Shown here: piece by piece, positions 1-12,299 of the stretch
How positions within the stretch are numbered: the first letter of the stretch is position 1
How the letters are laid out: every line of letters starts with the position of its first letter
DNA from: Camelus ferus
Taxonomy: Eukaryota
Direction: 5' to 3'
DNA: 64,000 nucleotides
Assembly (NCBI RefSeq): GCF_009834535.1
Contig: NC_045696.1
Coordinates: 65,970,001-66,034,000 of the forward strand
The notes under the pieces: model-generated
What the model was told of the DNA's origin: nothing
The model's database searches: none
Seen by the model: only the letters and a program-made list of their open reading frames with translations
Program-made: the position numbers and the translations under genes

Positions 1-19
1 CATTCCATCATTCTACACA

Positions 20-384
20 TTCCCCCTTGTGATATAATCCACTCCCATGTTTTAAATTACTGAACACATACCTTTAACTCAAACCCCTTTCTTAAGCTTC
101 AGACTTTAATTGATTTCCTTGATATCATCACTTGAATGTCACACATATTTCTAATATGAAAAATGCAAACTTAATTCTTCATCTACTCCCTCCCAATTCC
201 ACTCCAAACCTGCCGTTTCTCTTCCTTATCACACAGAATCATCCAGTTCCCCAGGTCTAAATCCTGGACATTATCATAATTAATTCTTTTTTCTCTTTGA
301 TCAAAATAATTACAGAGAACTGTCATTGCTATCCTGTAAACATGTTTTGATGCCATCTATTTCTCGTTAACCCTTCTACCACTA
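20..384 (+). mobile_element. L2 LINE, ORF2 fragment (5' piece)
   Basis: 'gtgatataatccactcccatgttttaaattac...cttgatatcatcacttgaatgtc...atccagttccccaggtctaaatcctgga' follows the recalled L2 ORF2 consensus in order. Confidence 0.75.
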
Positions 385-853
385 ATAATTCTCAATAGAG
401 CACTGAAGGACCCCTCAATGGAGGCTAATTGTTCCGTGTGCTTTTAGACAGGCATTCTTTATGTATTTGTTCAATCATTATTTTGAAAAAAGGAAAGCAG
501 AGAAATATGACCACAGGGACTATTCCTCTGCCTTTCTTTTATTTTTCTGAACTGTCATCTCTGACTCCAAACTTGCATCATCTGTCTGCAAAACAAAATC
601 TTTGTAAATAACATAACTTACCATTCTAAAATGTTGCTTTTCACACTTGGAAAGTTTGAGTTTGTGCCTTAAGAATCTCTATCATCCCTTCCAAAGACAT
701 ATTGCATTCTCCCTGAAAGAACTTTGATAATTATACATTTCTCCATTTTCTTACACTTTCAGTAGTTCTAGCACTCTGATGAATTTTTTTATCCTTTTAG
801 GTTGACATCTCTCCATAAAATTTTCTTGCTGGCCCATCTCTATCCAGGTCTGC

Positions 854-1506
854 CCACTATCCATGTAACAGTCACAGCATTTCACACTTGGAGGTTTGCA
901 CCAGCTCCCTGACTGGTCTCTCTAATTCTAGAATTGCAGCACGCTCCTTTGCACCACACCTACACCAGAGACAAGTTAGTTTCCACACTTCAGCTAGCCT
1001 GACCTTTGAAACATATAAACATGGTTGCATCACTTTCATGTGTGAATTATTATTATAATTTTCTTCTCAGGCAAAATCTCAACACCTACAAGGACCTAAA
1101 TTTCCCACCTTACCTTCTGAAACTCCCCATCACACTGTATTTTCCAGGTAAGATGGACTTCTTTAAGTTACTTCTGTATCCAGTGACATGTTTTCTGACC
1201 TCTGGTCTTTTTCAAATGTTTTCTCCTTTTTCTGGACTATTCTTAATAGATAGTAATCCCTTACTCATTATTCAGACACAAAATTAGATTTCATTTCTCA
1301 TGGAAAGCTTCTCCCAACCCCAATACAAACTTGAAGGAAGGGACTTTCCTCTGTCCTTTCACAGCACCCTAACCTCCCACTCTCATGCACCTGCTATATA
1401 CTACAGTTTGATTGTTTAATTGCCTCTTATTTCCTCTACTAGATCATATGTTCTGTGACCAAGAGCCTAACATTCATTAAATATATTTTGAAAAGGGTGA
1501 TTAAAT
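854..1506 (+). mobile_element. L2 LINE, 3' piece
   Basis: 'cagctccctgactggtctc...cctacaaggaccta...acagcaccct...ctctactagatcatatgttc...cattcattaaatatattttgaaa' matches the L2 ORF2 end and 3' UTR; continues the 20-384 piece. Confidence 0.75.
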
Positions 1507-2128
1507 ACGTGTACAGAAAACTCTATCACTAGGCCATGGTGTGACTCACTCATCAATTATTCAAGGTTAAAAAAAATATTTATTGAGCAAAAGTCTAATG
1601 CTAAGAATGTTGAGATAAAACCAACAGAGTCCTCTGAGTTTCTACTCCTTTCAAAGGTAATTTTAAGAAAATATGAGGTAGAGCTGATTCTTAAATAATG
1701 GATAGGAACACAGATTTTAGAAAAGAGCTTTCTAAGCATGAAGAACAGAGTCTAGGAATGGGGAATAATGAGGGGTAGAAAAAAAAGAAGTTCTCAGATT
1801 GGAAAGTAACTGGGCAATTATTTAACACTTATAAAGCCAGGTTGATGTCCACAGGATGCAAACATTTCATCTCTCCATTGGGATGAATAGAGTTTCCATT
1901 TGATTTGACTCACAAGCACTATTTTGAGTTAAAAGCTAAATAAATAAAAGCTGTTTCAAATACCTTATTAAAAAATTAACTCACATATTTATACCCCTTT
2001 TTCTAAATCACATGGATTTGCCTTTTTCTGCATTAACGATTCAACATTGCCCCCTCAGAGTCCCTGTCTCATTCACCTTAAACTCCTCGCCCCTCAATAC
2101 TTCTCCCAGGCAGGATGTTTGCTAATGC

Positions 2129-2147
2129 ACAGCACCATCTGCTGGTA
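2129..2147 (-). promoter_or_regulatory. CTCF core motif candidate
   Basis: Minus strand reads TACCAGCAGATGGTGCTG versus consensus CCASYAGRKGGCRS (one C>T); lies in non-repeat sequence. Confidence 0.5.
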
Positions 2148-2437
2148 GTAATTTGAAACCAACATCGTACTTGCACAACTAAGGAAGCTTGTTGCTTTTT
2201 TAGCCCTCGTGGTGGGTAGATGTTTGCTGACATAATGGTATTAGGAAACTCTAACAAAAGCCATTGTGAGAAGCCTTCTCGTTTATTAGTTATGAACGGT
2301 GGATTACAGAGAGGTAAACTGGGATGATATGCTTGCTTTTGTGTGTGCACAGAGTGCACTACATTGTATGTATTTATAATATATGGTCAATTAACTGTAG
2401 GCTGATAGCACTTTGGCTTCAGTATTCATCTGAGACT

Positions 2438-2620
2438 GTGAAGAAAAAGCACTCATCTGGAGTCAGAAAAATCTGGATTTTAGCTGTGTGAACCCGAGTG
2501 AGTGCCTTCAGTCTTGTGCCTCAGGGTCCTCATCAGATGAATAATAATCTCTCATTTGCTTTGGAGTGCTATTCTGGAACTAAAGTAAGATAACGGATGT
2601 GAAAAGATCAGTGAAAGGTG
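2438..2620 (+). mobile_element. MIR SINE
   Basis: 'aaagcactcatctggagtcagaaaaatctgg...tagctgtgtgaacc...gcctcagggtcctcatc...taaagtaagataacggatgtgaaa'. Confidence 0.75.
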
Positions 2621-5469
2621 AAACACACAAAAGTGACAGTGACAGTCATGGTTAGCTAGGGAAATTGGATACTGCCTTTCAGGACACAGTTAAAGCTGAG
2701 ATCCGATACCATTTCAAACAGGAATTATAGCTGTGATGTTTTGTTAACTTGAGAAAAATGGGGTATAAAGATTATTCATAAGTTCCCCTGTAGTTCCTGG
2801 GGAAAATAGAAGCTCCATCCCTCCAAGGATAATATTCGCATTTCCCTGATGGTCACAGTCAACAAGGGCTGCGCGGTGACTCAGAGAGGGAACCTATCCT
2901 GCCTGGAAGGAGGTGGCTTCACCACAGAGTGGTCAAAGTCTCCATGTGAGGGTCCACACACGTGGTCAGTATAGCTTCATCGTCTTCCCTCTCCCGAAGT
3001 CCATAAAGAGAGGAAATACGGAACAGATCGGTAGCAGCTCCTCATCCCACTCCCCGAACCTCAGTCGTACCCTGTGTTCTGATGCCCATCTTCTCATTTA
3101 AGACCACCTGCTAATGCACATTTTGCCTTTTTGAAAAGAAAGGTTTTGGGGGGAGTTGTGCTTAAGACTCTGGTGAACGGTGAGTCCAATTGTTTTCTTT
3201 TATAGCTGAGAATTCATAACCAGAGTAGAAACAAACATGTCCTCCTGATATCACAGTCATACCAGACAGGGACCCAGATACATGGAACCCCCAACAAGTA
3301 TTTGGTTTGGTTGATTTTGACAGGAACAGGTGTTGTCCTGGCTTTGTAGATCTCCTTGATCCATTCTCCAAGGAGTGATTCTGATTATTGAATGTCAACA
3401 TCATAAAAAGACAGCATCTAATGGCAGAAGAGCTCCTCCCTGGCATAAAGACATAGGTCACAAACATAGATCAGAAATTCCATCAGTCATGAAACAGAGA
3501 AGGTATGGAGGGGAGGATGTCCAAGGGGGAAGGGCAGCAGAGAACGATGAGCCCAGCTGCATGTAATGAAGAAAGTTCAATAAGGCTGAAAACAGGGTCC
3601 AGAGACAGGCAAATGCCAGCCATGCACATAGGTGTCTGGAGTCACGGAAGACAAGGAGGAGCTAACCCAGGTGATGACCAAGCATGTGAGCAGGCATTGG
3701 CCCAGGGGCCTGGGCCCAGGCACGCAGTGGGACTCTCTTAGCTGTCAGGCAGCAAAGTCAGAGCCATGGTCCAGGAGTTAAAACTAGCCACCGCCCTCTG
3801 TGAAGGAGTGAAGATCTGAGATGTTTATCAGCGGTGAAGAGAATTCTCCTGTTACTTTCTCGAGACCACACCAGAAAGTCTGCAGGGCCTTTAAATTTGG
3901 TTCGGAACCCAGAGTAACTCTTCTAGCCTCTAACTCCAGACAGTGAACACAACAGTGACTGCTGCCTCTGACATTACACGCGAGCTCTTTGGAGACAGAG
4001 ATGGAATTTCATTTAATTTTGAAGACAACTCAAGATCCAGAAGGAAGCTAGACTCCTTAGGGAGCAGGCATGGAGAAGCCTGCGTCTGATCGGCAGCCTT
4101 CCTCAGTCAGGCCTAATTCTGAGCCCTTAGAAGACTTCATGGGACAGAGACTCATTTTAGCTCCAACTTGAAGAAACACAATCAGAGTGTGATACTTGGA
4201 GTATCTCATGTGTCTCCGGACTGCTCCTTTTTTTTCCCCTCCATGACTGTGACCGTATCTATTTCTGGACCCAAAGGTTACAGGAGACAAGCAACAGGCC
4301 AGGGGACGAGCTGGCACCTTATACGTGCGTTCAGGTTTGAGCACTGTGAAACCCTGAGCTGCAAATTCTAGAAGAGAAAACTCCTTCCTGCAGGTCTTCT
4401 TAAATTTTTTCCAATAACAAAAAGCAATTCAAACAGGGATGCCTGGATTTTTACTCAAGGGAAACAAAAAAAGCAAACCTATTGTTAGATAAGTCTATGT
4501 GTCATTATAAAGCATGAGTCTGAGCAGGACCAAACACAGGGAGTCCCGGCCCTTCCTGTCCTAGACAGAACCTTAGACAGTTACTTCTAAAAGGTCTGTA
4601 GAGCAACGCTCAGTCTGCACAGTTAGTTATTAACACTGGCTGCACGCTGCTCTGGGCCCCTCAAAGCACAGTGGATTTCTACTGCTGTTTAAATTGCAAC
4701 CTTGGGCCCTGTGTCAGACAGCACGCCAAGGAGGATGGCTTGAAATATGCCACCAAATTCCTCTGCTTCAACAGTTCATTGTGGAGTCTTTAATGTTTAA
4801 TATTTAATAGATGCAGATAATTGATCATTTTAAGTCTTTGTTTAGTGGCACAGATTTTTAAAAGCAATCAACTCAGCTGCCAGTCTGCTGACCCCTTGGG
4901 GTAAGTGTTCCTGGTCAGTGATCTGGGAGCAGCCTAGACTGCGTTCACAGTTGGAACCTTCCTCTCCAGATTGTGCAGTGGCTTCTCAGGAAAACACTGA
5001 AGTTTGGGCCCTACCTGGACTCAGTCACTGCTGCTGGGGTAGCACTGGACCTGAAGTCACACAGGCTTCCCAGGAAGAATTCTAGGAGGAATTTTTAGAG
5101 CAATCTCTGGACACTGTTATTTTTGGACTCTATTATATTCAACGCACATTTACAAGAACCTATTATTGAGACGGGCCAGGAGAATTAGATGACAAAACTG
5201 ATGTATGAAGTGCATGCTCAGAACACAGGGGCTAATGTGTATGTCAAAATGCATATTATTAAGTAATACATATTTAAACAGGTATTTTAGAAAATTTGGG
5301 TAACATCAAACGTAATAAAATCACTAGTAAGATCATGCCACAAAAATAATCCCTGTTAACATTTCCTAATCATTTCCCTAGGGTAATTATTATTAAAATA
5401 CCTATATAAGTTATATTTTCCAACTACTTTGTGGATACCAAGGTAGCCACCCCTGAGAAATTTGGTATA

Positions 5470-5637
5470 AAGAGTAGTGAATTAAAAGTGGAAGATTAAG
5501 GTTTTAGTCTAATTCTGGAGCGAATTAGCTTTCTGACCTTGAGAGAGTCTCTTCGAGTCTTCATCATTTTCATTTTCACCTCTCTAAATGTGAAAGCAGA
5601 GCCAGAAAATCACTGATGACCCTCTCCACTATAAATG
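5470..5637 (+). mobile_element. MIR3/MIRc SINE
   Basis: 'ttagctttctgaccttgagagagtc...cattttcacctctctaaatg...cactgatgaccctctccactataa'. Confidence 0.6.
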
Positions 5638-6078
5638 AACGTTACAAATAAAGTCCTATTGTCCTGTTTTGTTTTTTTAACACGTTCACCCTAGTATGCA
5701 GAGACGTGGAAAGGGTTAAATCAGCTAACGTTGAAACAATCTAGTAAGGTTCTCAAGAACATTTACAATTTTGATTAACGATCATTTATAAACATAAAGT
5801 TATAAACGTGTGGACACGTGCATGCACACACACACACTACACACTACACACATATTCTCGGTAGTGCTAATTACCAGTGGGTCATATATATGACCCGACA
5901 CGGTTCCAGCAGAAGCTAAATCCACTTGGGCTTGTAACTTGCCAGTGAAAACCTGATGAGCTGTGCCTGCTTAAGCTCTGAGCTCAGGTCAAAGCACTCT
6001 TGAGGAGACAAGAAAAAAGAATAACTGATTTACAGATAAGGCCGGTAGCCCTGGCACCGGGAGCTTTTGTTTTCTTAG

Positions 6079-6248
6079 CCCCAGGCCCGGGGAGAGGAGT
6101 GTGTCTCAGCGGGTACAAAGTGTTCCCCAGACAATGTGAGACACACGCCAAACTGGAGCCCAGCCAGGTTCCAGCCACCATGCTGCATTCCTGCTCGCCG
6201 CCCATGGACACACACAAAAGGCAGACCCAGGTTATCACAGCCTCCCAG
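6079..6248 (+). other. Candidate exon with GCCACCATG start and GT donor (unverified)
   Basis: Acceptor-like gcttttgttttcttag at 6078, GCCACCATG (ATG 6180-6182), donor CAG|gtaagg at 6248/6249; no known protein recognised. Confidence 0.2.
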
Positions 6249-6529
6249 GTAAGGACCAAAGCTGCTATTTGTCATCATGAAAGCGAATGGGCCATTCTTC
6301 TGCCTTCTGTGCTCTAATCAATGGCAGTAGAACTTGACTGGAAAAGAGTGGGATAGAAAACAACTCCAAATTCTGGGCTTAGGTGAGGGCGAACTCCCTT
6401 CCCTCAACAGCTTCTGCGTCAGGAAACATTGCCAAGTTCTGCTAACTTATTCTCTGTGTCACCTTGAGTTATATATTTTTCTAAAAAGCTATATAAATAT
6501 CAATATAGTCATTGTTCTCTGAATTTGAA

Positions 6530-6830
6530 AATGATGCTTATCGATGTAGATAAGTTAGAAAAAATCAAAAGAGTCCAAGAAAGAAACTAAGAAGCTTTCA
6601 TAATCCCTAACCCAGATATGGCCACAGTGACCATGTTCCTGTGTGTTGTTCCGATCATTTTTATCTGCGTGTGGTGCACGTGTGTTTACATACGGATAGT
6701 TTTACACACAAGTGAGTAGATGTGGAGAATCACCGTTTTCCATGATGGTAACACACTATACATAACATTTTGTATTTTTTTTATTAACAGTATATCATGG
6801 ACACTTTTTCAGTCACTGAGCAATTACAAA
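6530..6830 (-). mobile_element. Old L1 (L1ME-type) 3' fragment
   Basis: 'gtagataagttagaaaaaatc...cataatccctaacccagatatggccacagtgacca...acagtatatcatggacactttttc' resembles the antisense L1ME 3' end. Confidence 0.6.
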
Positions 6831-7779
6831 ATTGTGAAGATAATATCTCTCAGGGTTGTTATAAATATTATACAAATAAATGTAAAGGTCCCTACAGTGA
6901 CATAGTGCTAATTTCATTAGACTCTGTTCAACATGAAGTGATTTTTCTGTTTAAAACACTCAAAACTGTGTAACACAGCTGTATCTGCAAAGAGGAGAAT
7001 GGAGGGTGCAGATCACAGGACTAAAAACCAGCGGCCTGAGAGTTAGCTGTCATTTCCTCCAGTCCCTTCCTAACGAGTGGGCCAGATTGTACTTGAGCAG
7101 AGTCTGCTGGCACAGAAATCATTCCACACTAACACAGCCCATCCTACTGACTGGCACCTTTCGTCATTAGAAAATGCTATCTAATGTCAAGACCAGATTG
7201 TGTCTTTGTATCAACCCAGCTATCCTAGCTCAAGGTGTTTAATGATACCAAAACAAAAAAAAAAATCTAAGTTTTGTTTTGTTTTGTTTTTGCTCAAGAC
7301 AGCTGTGCAGACAATGTAGGACGGTAACGCTCAGGACTGAAGGCATACCCCTCTTCCGTCTAATAGAGAGTGATCTTTTATCTAATGCTCTGGGTGCTTC
7401 ACCTCTGCTTATGCAGTCTGATCGCTGCAAGTTGTTGAATCAAATTAGAGCTTATTGTTAACTTACTGTTATTTGCTAAGAGGTCAAAGTTTTCTAGAAG
7501 TGATATCAAACTGTGAACAATATTGTGCAAAGTATGTGTAACATGATTAGCTCTGTGGTACCAGAAGACAAAAGAACCCATCTTGAAAGCGCATGATTAA
7601 AACGAGATGGAACACTGCCTACATGTGTGAGTATCTGAGTCACATGAAGGATGTTCTAACGTGCTCAACTCTAACCCATGGCCAAGCGGATAGGCTGCTG
7701 TTACTTGACAGCACAAAGTTCTGGAAAGGTTTTAAGTCAATGGGAAAATATGGATGCTGCTTTCCAGTCTTTCATTCTA

Positions 7780-8020
7780 CTATTCAGCAACAATTACTGT
7801 CTATGTGCCCTAAACACTGTAGTCAGGGCTTCTATGTATGCAATGCTGTTTAATTATTAATTTCATTTAATTCACACAATCATGAATTTTAAAAATGAAG
7901 TAAGATGAGAAAATTGCTGTCCAGTTATTTAATCTTTAAAATAAAACTTTCCCATGACTACATAGCTAAAAAGTGGCAGTTCTGAGTTTTCAAAACTCAA
8001 AGTTAATTGTACTATACCAT
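7780..8020 (-). mobile_element. MIR SINE
   Basis: 'ctatgtgccctaaacactgt...catttaattcacacaa...agatgagaaaattg...cccatgactacatagctaaaaagtggcag'. Confidence 0.65.
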
Positions 8021-8231
8021 AGCTAGAAAAATTCTGCACATTTAAAACCAGTGTTCACACACACCACACATACACACACACTTCTTTAAGAGATGCTTAA
8101 AACATCATAAAGACAAAGCGTACTTTCTCCTCATCTTGACTGTTCCCTTGACTTTTTAAGTGAACGTCTTGCCTGCTGTAGTTCCTTCTTTTAATATATT
8201 CTATCTTTCTAATGCATAGATCTCAATTTTC

Positions 8232-8571
8232 TTTTTTTTATTGAAGGATAAACAATTTACAATCGTGTTGTGTTAACTTCTGGTGTATAGCATAGTGATT
8301 CATTTATACATATACATATATATAAATTCTTTTTCATAGTCTTTTTCATTATAGGCCTTTAGAAGGTATTGAGTATAGTCCCCTGTGCTACACAGTGGGA
8401 CCTTGTTGCTATTCTATTCAAATATTGTAATTAGTATCTATAAATTCCAAACTCCTAATTTATCCCTCACCACTCCCTTCCCCTTCTGGTAACCATAAGT
8501 TTGTTTTCTACATCTTTGAGTCTATCTCTGTTTGGTAAATAAGTTTATTTGTGTCCTTTTTTTTTTTTTTT
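8232..8571 (-). mobile_element. Lineage-specific L1 3' UTR stub (cetartiodactyl/camelid type)
   Basis: T-run then 'attgaagg...tctggtgtatagcatagtgattca...tatagtcccctgtgctacacagt...ggtaaccataagtttgttttcta'. Confidence 0.9.
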
Positions 8572-8599
8572 CTTGATTGGCAGCTACATCTTGTACTCT

Positions 8600-9210
8600 T
8601 CTTGTTTTAAGGTTTTTCCTAGAGGATATAGAATACATTCTTAACAAAATCTGGCATTAACAGATGCTTTTAACTTTTTTCCACTTATAGTAAGGACCTT
8701 AAGAAGCTTTTATTCCCATTTCCCCCAAACACATTATATGCCATCATTTTAATTCTCCATATATTTAAATCTAACCAAACATGACATTTACAGTTTTAAA
8801 TAGGTACTATTATGTTCACTGTTTTAAATATTCAATACTAATAGGCTTACAGTAAATATTGTGTTTACTGATTTGAATAACTAAACATTTTCTAGAATTA
8901 GTTTAAATGGGTTCAATTAAAGCTCTTCCATCTTAAATAATTTTAAATCTGTGCTTCATTTTTTTTTCCACTATAGACACTAGAATATGACCACCAATTT
9001 CCTGGGCCTATATTTAGAACTAAGCCCCTCGTGGGTCACTACTATGTAAGCTCATATTTGCCTATCTGGCTTTAAGGGTTTTTTTCCTTCAATTCCTGAT
9101 TCTGGAGATTTCATGTTTTATGACTGAGCTCAACTTTATATCAAAAGGATTTGTAAGGTAGATGTGATGAGAAGGAGAAAATGTGTCACATCAGCATATT
9201 TGCAATGTGA
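8600..9210 (-). mobile_element. Old L1ME/HAL1-type fragments
   Basis: 'taaggaccttaagaagctttta' (inter-ORF-like) and 'ctggagatttc...gagctcaactttatatcaaaaggat' (5'-end-like); strongly decayed. Confidence 0.45.
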
Positions 9211-9911
9211 CTCCAACTTCTGTTTATAATTATTTATAAGACTTTTATGAACTTACATTTTTTTCAAACAAAAAATATGAAAAACACATTTTTTTACATT
9301 CTTTTAGTAAAACATGTAAAACACTGTCACTGCTGCCTATTGTCATCTTGTGCACATGGAAATTAGGGAAGTGAATTTGAGAAGATTTATAATATTTTCC
9401 ATCTAAATGAGTAATGAATGAAGTGTACTTAGCATTTCAGAATGCTACTTTTTTTTTTTTTTTGAGGGAAAAATTGTCCTATAAAATGCTCAGAACTGAA
9501 AGTAACTTACAACATAGAGACATCCAGGGTGAAATCTCAAAGATACACAAAAGACTACAAACAAACCAGGAAAAAGAAAACAGAAGTTTCTCTTCATTAG
9601 TGATTATTTTAGGTAGGTCTAAATAAATTCATTTGGCATTTACTGCTACAGCCTTGGATTAAGTATCCTGGTGCATAAGTTTGCACGGAGTGATGCGGGA
9701 AAACACGTACATTTCACATGGATCAGGTGAGCCCAAGACTCTCAAACTGAAGTAGCTGAAAAAAGAAATGAAAACAGAAATATAAGAAAAATGTGGTGCC
9801 ATACACCCCGCCTCTCTGGGGAGAAATCCATGTTAAACTAAATTTTAGGGGTTCTTTATCTGTTCACACGTATTTAAAGGGCTGGTTTGGGAAGGATCAT
9901 ATTCTCTATAA

Positions 9912-10180
9912 CAATGTCAGCGAACTGGTAACTAATGGATCATATGCTTTATTTGGCCCCTATTTTCTTTTAAATTGGATTATTTGATCTTATTGAAAAA
10001 CATATAAGATCCATGTTAAATAAATATTTATGATTTTTCTTTAAAAATTAGGAAATCTGGCAACACTAAGCCAGCATTCCTCTAGGGCAACCATTTTTTA
10101 GAGCTGAGTGTACTCCAACCCTTTCAGAAAAGACACATGCTCTCTAATGGACCCTGTTCCACCACATCCTGTTATAGCAT
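9912..10180 (+). mobile_element. MER102-like hAT-Charlie DNA transposon
   Basis: 'aaatctggcaacactaagccagcattcc...ggcaacca...gagctgagtg...ccctttcaga...catgctctc' matches the recalled MER102 core. Confidence 0.75.
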
Positions 10181-10320
10181 TTGAGGCTATAATCCCCTGT
10201 AAAATGGGGCAAAATCAGGACCAATGTCTGAATGGTTTAGTACACCCCTCAGCACGGGAAATTCCTATATCAGAGGGAGCTGTAGTGGAAGACAATATTT
10301 TCACTACTAAAAAGCCACAA

Positions 10321-10588
10321 AAAGGAAAGGGATGGGAAGGGATAAATTCTAGTTTGAGATTTGCAGAGACTAACTAGTATACATAAAATAGATAAACAGC
10401 AAGTTTCTACTGTACAGCACAGGGAACAGTATTCAATACCTTGTAATAGCCTGTCATGAAAAAGTATATGAAAATGAATATATGTATGTGTATGTATGAC
10501 TGAAACATTATGCTGTACACCAGAAATTGACACAACTTTGTAAACTAACTATATCTCAATAAACAAACCAAACCAAACCAAAACAAAA
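10321..10588 (+). mobile_element. Lineage-specific L1 3' UTR stub (camelid-like)
   Basis: 'gggaagggataaatt...gagatttgcaga...tgaaacattatgctgtacaccagaaattgacaca...ctcaataaa' with an A-rich (AAACC)n tail. Confidence 0.9.
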
Positions 10589-12299
10589 GGTTACGTTCCC
10601 TAGTCCTTTCTCCAAGCTGACATCTGCTGGCCCACTGGCCTTTTCAGTAACTTTGCATCCTCTCACCAGGTCACGTGGAAACTTTCACACCCTCGCTTGC
10701 TTTGTGCAGGGAACGCTCCTGAAACACCAGGGTCCTACCTCAGGCTCATCTAATAGTCCTCCTCTTACTCACATCTCCGTGTTATTCCTCTCATCCAGGG
10801 TCAAGAGGATTTAGATTCTTCCATACCTTTCTGTGTATTTTTTGATTTAACTGCTGTATAACTTCAAGGGAAGTAGTGCGGGAAAGTAATAATCCTGGCA
10901 TTTGACCTCCTCAGTTTACCTCTGTCTCGATTTTTTCTTTTCATAATCCATGAAGGTAGAAATGACAGGCTGTCTACTTTGCCTTTCTTCCAAAATAAAT
11001 TTTCCATTTCTTCATACCTTTCTTTTTCCCAAAACACCAAGTCTCCAGGTTCGGCATGAATTGTTTAATAGGTACTGTATTATTGAGACCCTCAAGTAGT
11101 GGTGACTTTAGAAATAGGATTATATGGGACGAAAGCATTGCTCTAGTAGCCAAAAGGGGAAAAAATAGCCTTAATTATAGTGCCTCTATTTAAATTATTC
11201 CAAAGAAGGAATGAACAGAAACTTCATGCAGGTATTCAGGTCAATAGTCCTATAAAGAAATGAATAGGGAACTTGGGTTATGTATTATTATGTGCTCAAC
11301 ATTCAAAACTCTCTTGAAGACTCAGAATTACTCGAATTTGAATTCTGATATCTAAAATTGCTTCCAATTTCAAGTGGGAGTCGAATATCTCAGAAATGTT
11401 ATAAAAATTCATGATGTATTTAAAAGTCACCTTAACTATTGAATGCATTCCCTACTTACTGTTTTCTTTCTTATATGATCTATTCAACCACAGGCTATCA
11501 GCACACTTATGTCCTATATAAACTGTTTATTTTAAGTTTTTTAAAAGGAAATTCATCTAGCAAAATAATAAAAGTCCCATGAAATGTCAGACTTCAAGCT
11601 TAATACATAAAATCTAAACACTGCCTTAATTTCAGTTCTTGGTGCCATCTAATGCCCAAAGAATGAATTAAACATTCAAGTATATTTACAGAATTTGACA
11701 TGTTCATAAAGTTTTAGTTATTCATTATTAAATTTAGCCTCAAAATTCTGACAGGTGTCCACAGTTTCTAAATTTATCACATCTCAAAACTACTAAAGCC
11801 AACTCCATGAGTTGATTAAATGTCTATCATGGACAAGTTTCTGTCGATATCTTCTATGTCAGGAAGTCTGGTTATTCAATGAAATGGAGGAAATAGGAAC
11901 GGGAAGGCTGCCTGCTGGAGTGTAGCACAATACTCTGAAAAGAACACAAAAAATTAAAACCCCAACAAATAGACAGTTTTTACCACAACAATTATTATGT
12001 GAAATCAACAAGATTTTACGTGATGGTATAAGACAATCATAGGATACAAGACCTTTACATAATGGTGAAGATTTATTTCAGAACACAAACTAGAGGTTTT
12101 CTCGCCAACAAAAGCAATATAGCATTTCGTAACCTTTCCTATCCTGCACTAAAGCAGCTAACTTACAAATAGCATAATAGCAAATTTAGAGACAATTTCC
12201 ACTAGCATTTAGTGGAAATATATTTTAAGATTATAAAATATTGATGTTTCCTGTTTATTCACACTCAATAGTCATTTTCAATTGACTTCCTCTATTCTA

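Noticed and set aside
3470..3785. Purine-rich GC-richer stretch, possible ancient LTR or exon
   Set aside because: Could not match it to any family or splice structure with confidence
12195..12219. Short hairpins (atttccacta/tagtggaaat; also cttgcttg/caagcaag at ~41733-41757)
   Set aside because: 8-10-bp stems are expected by chance in 64 kb and are too short for pre-miRNA
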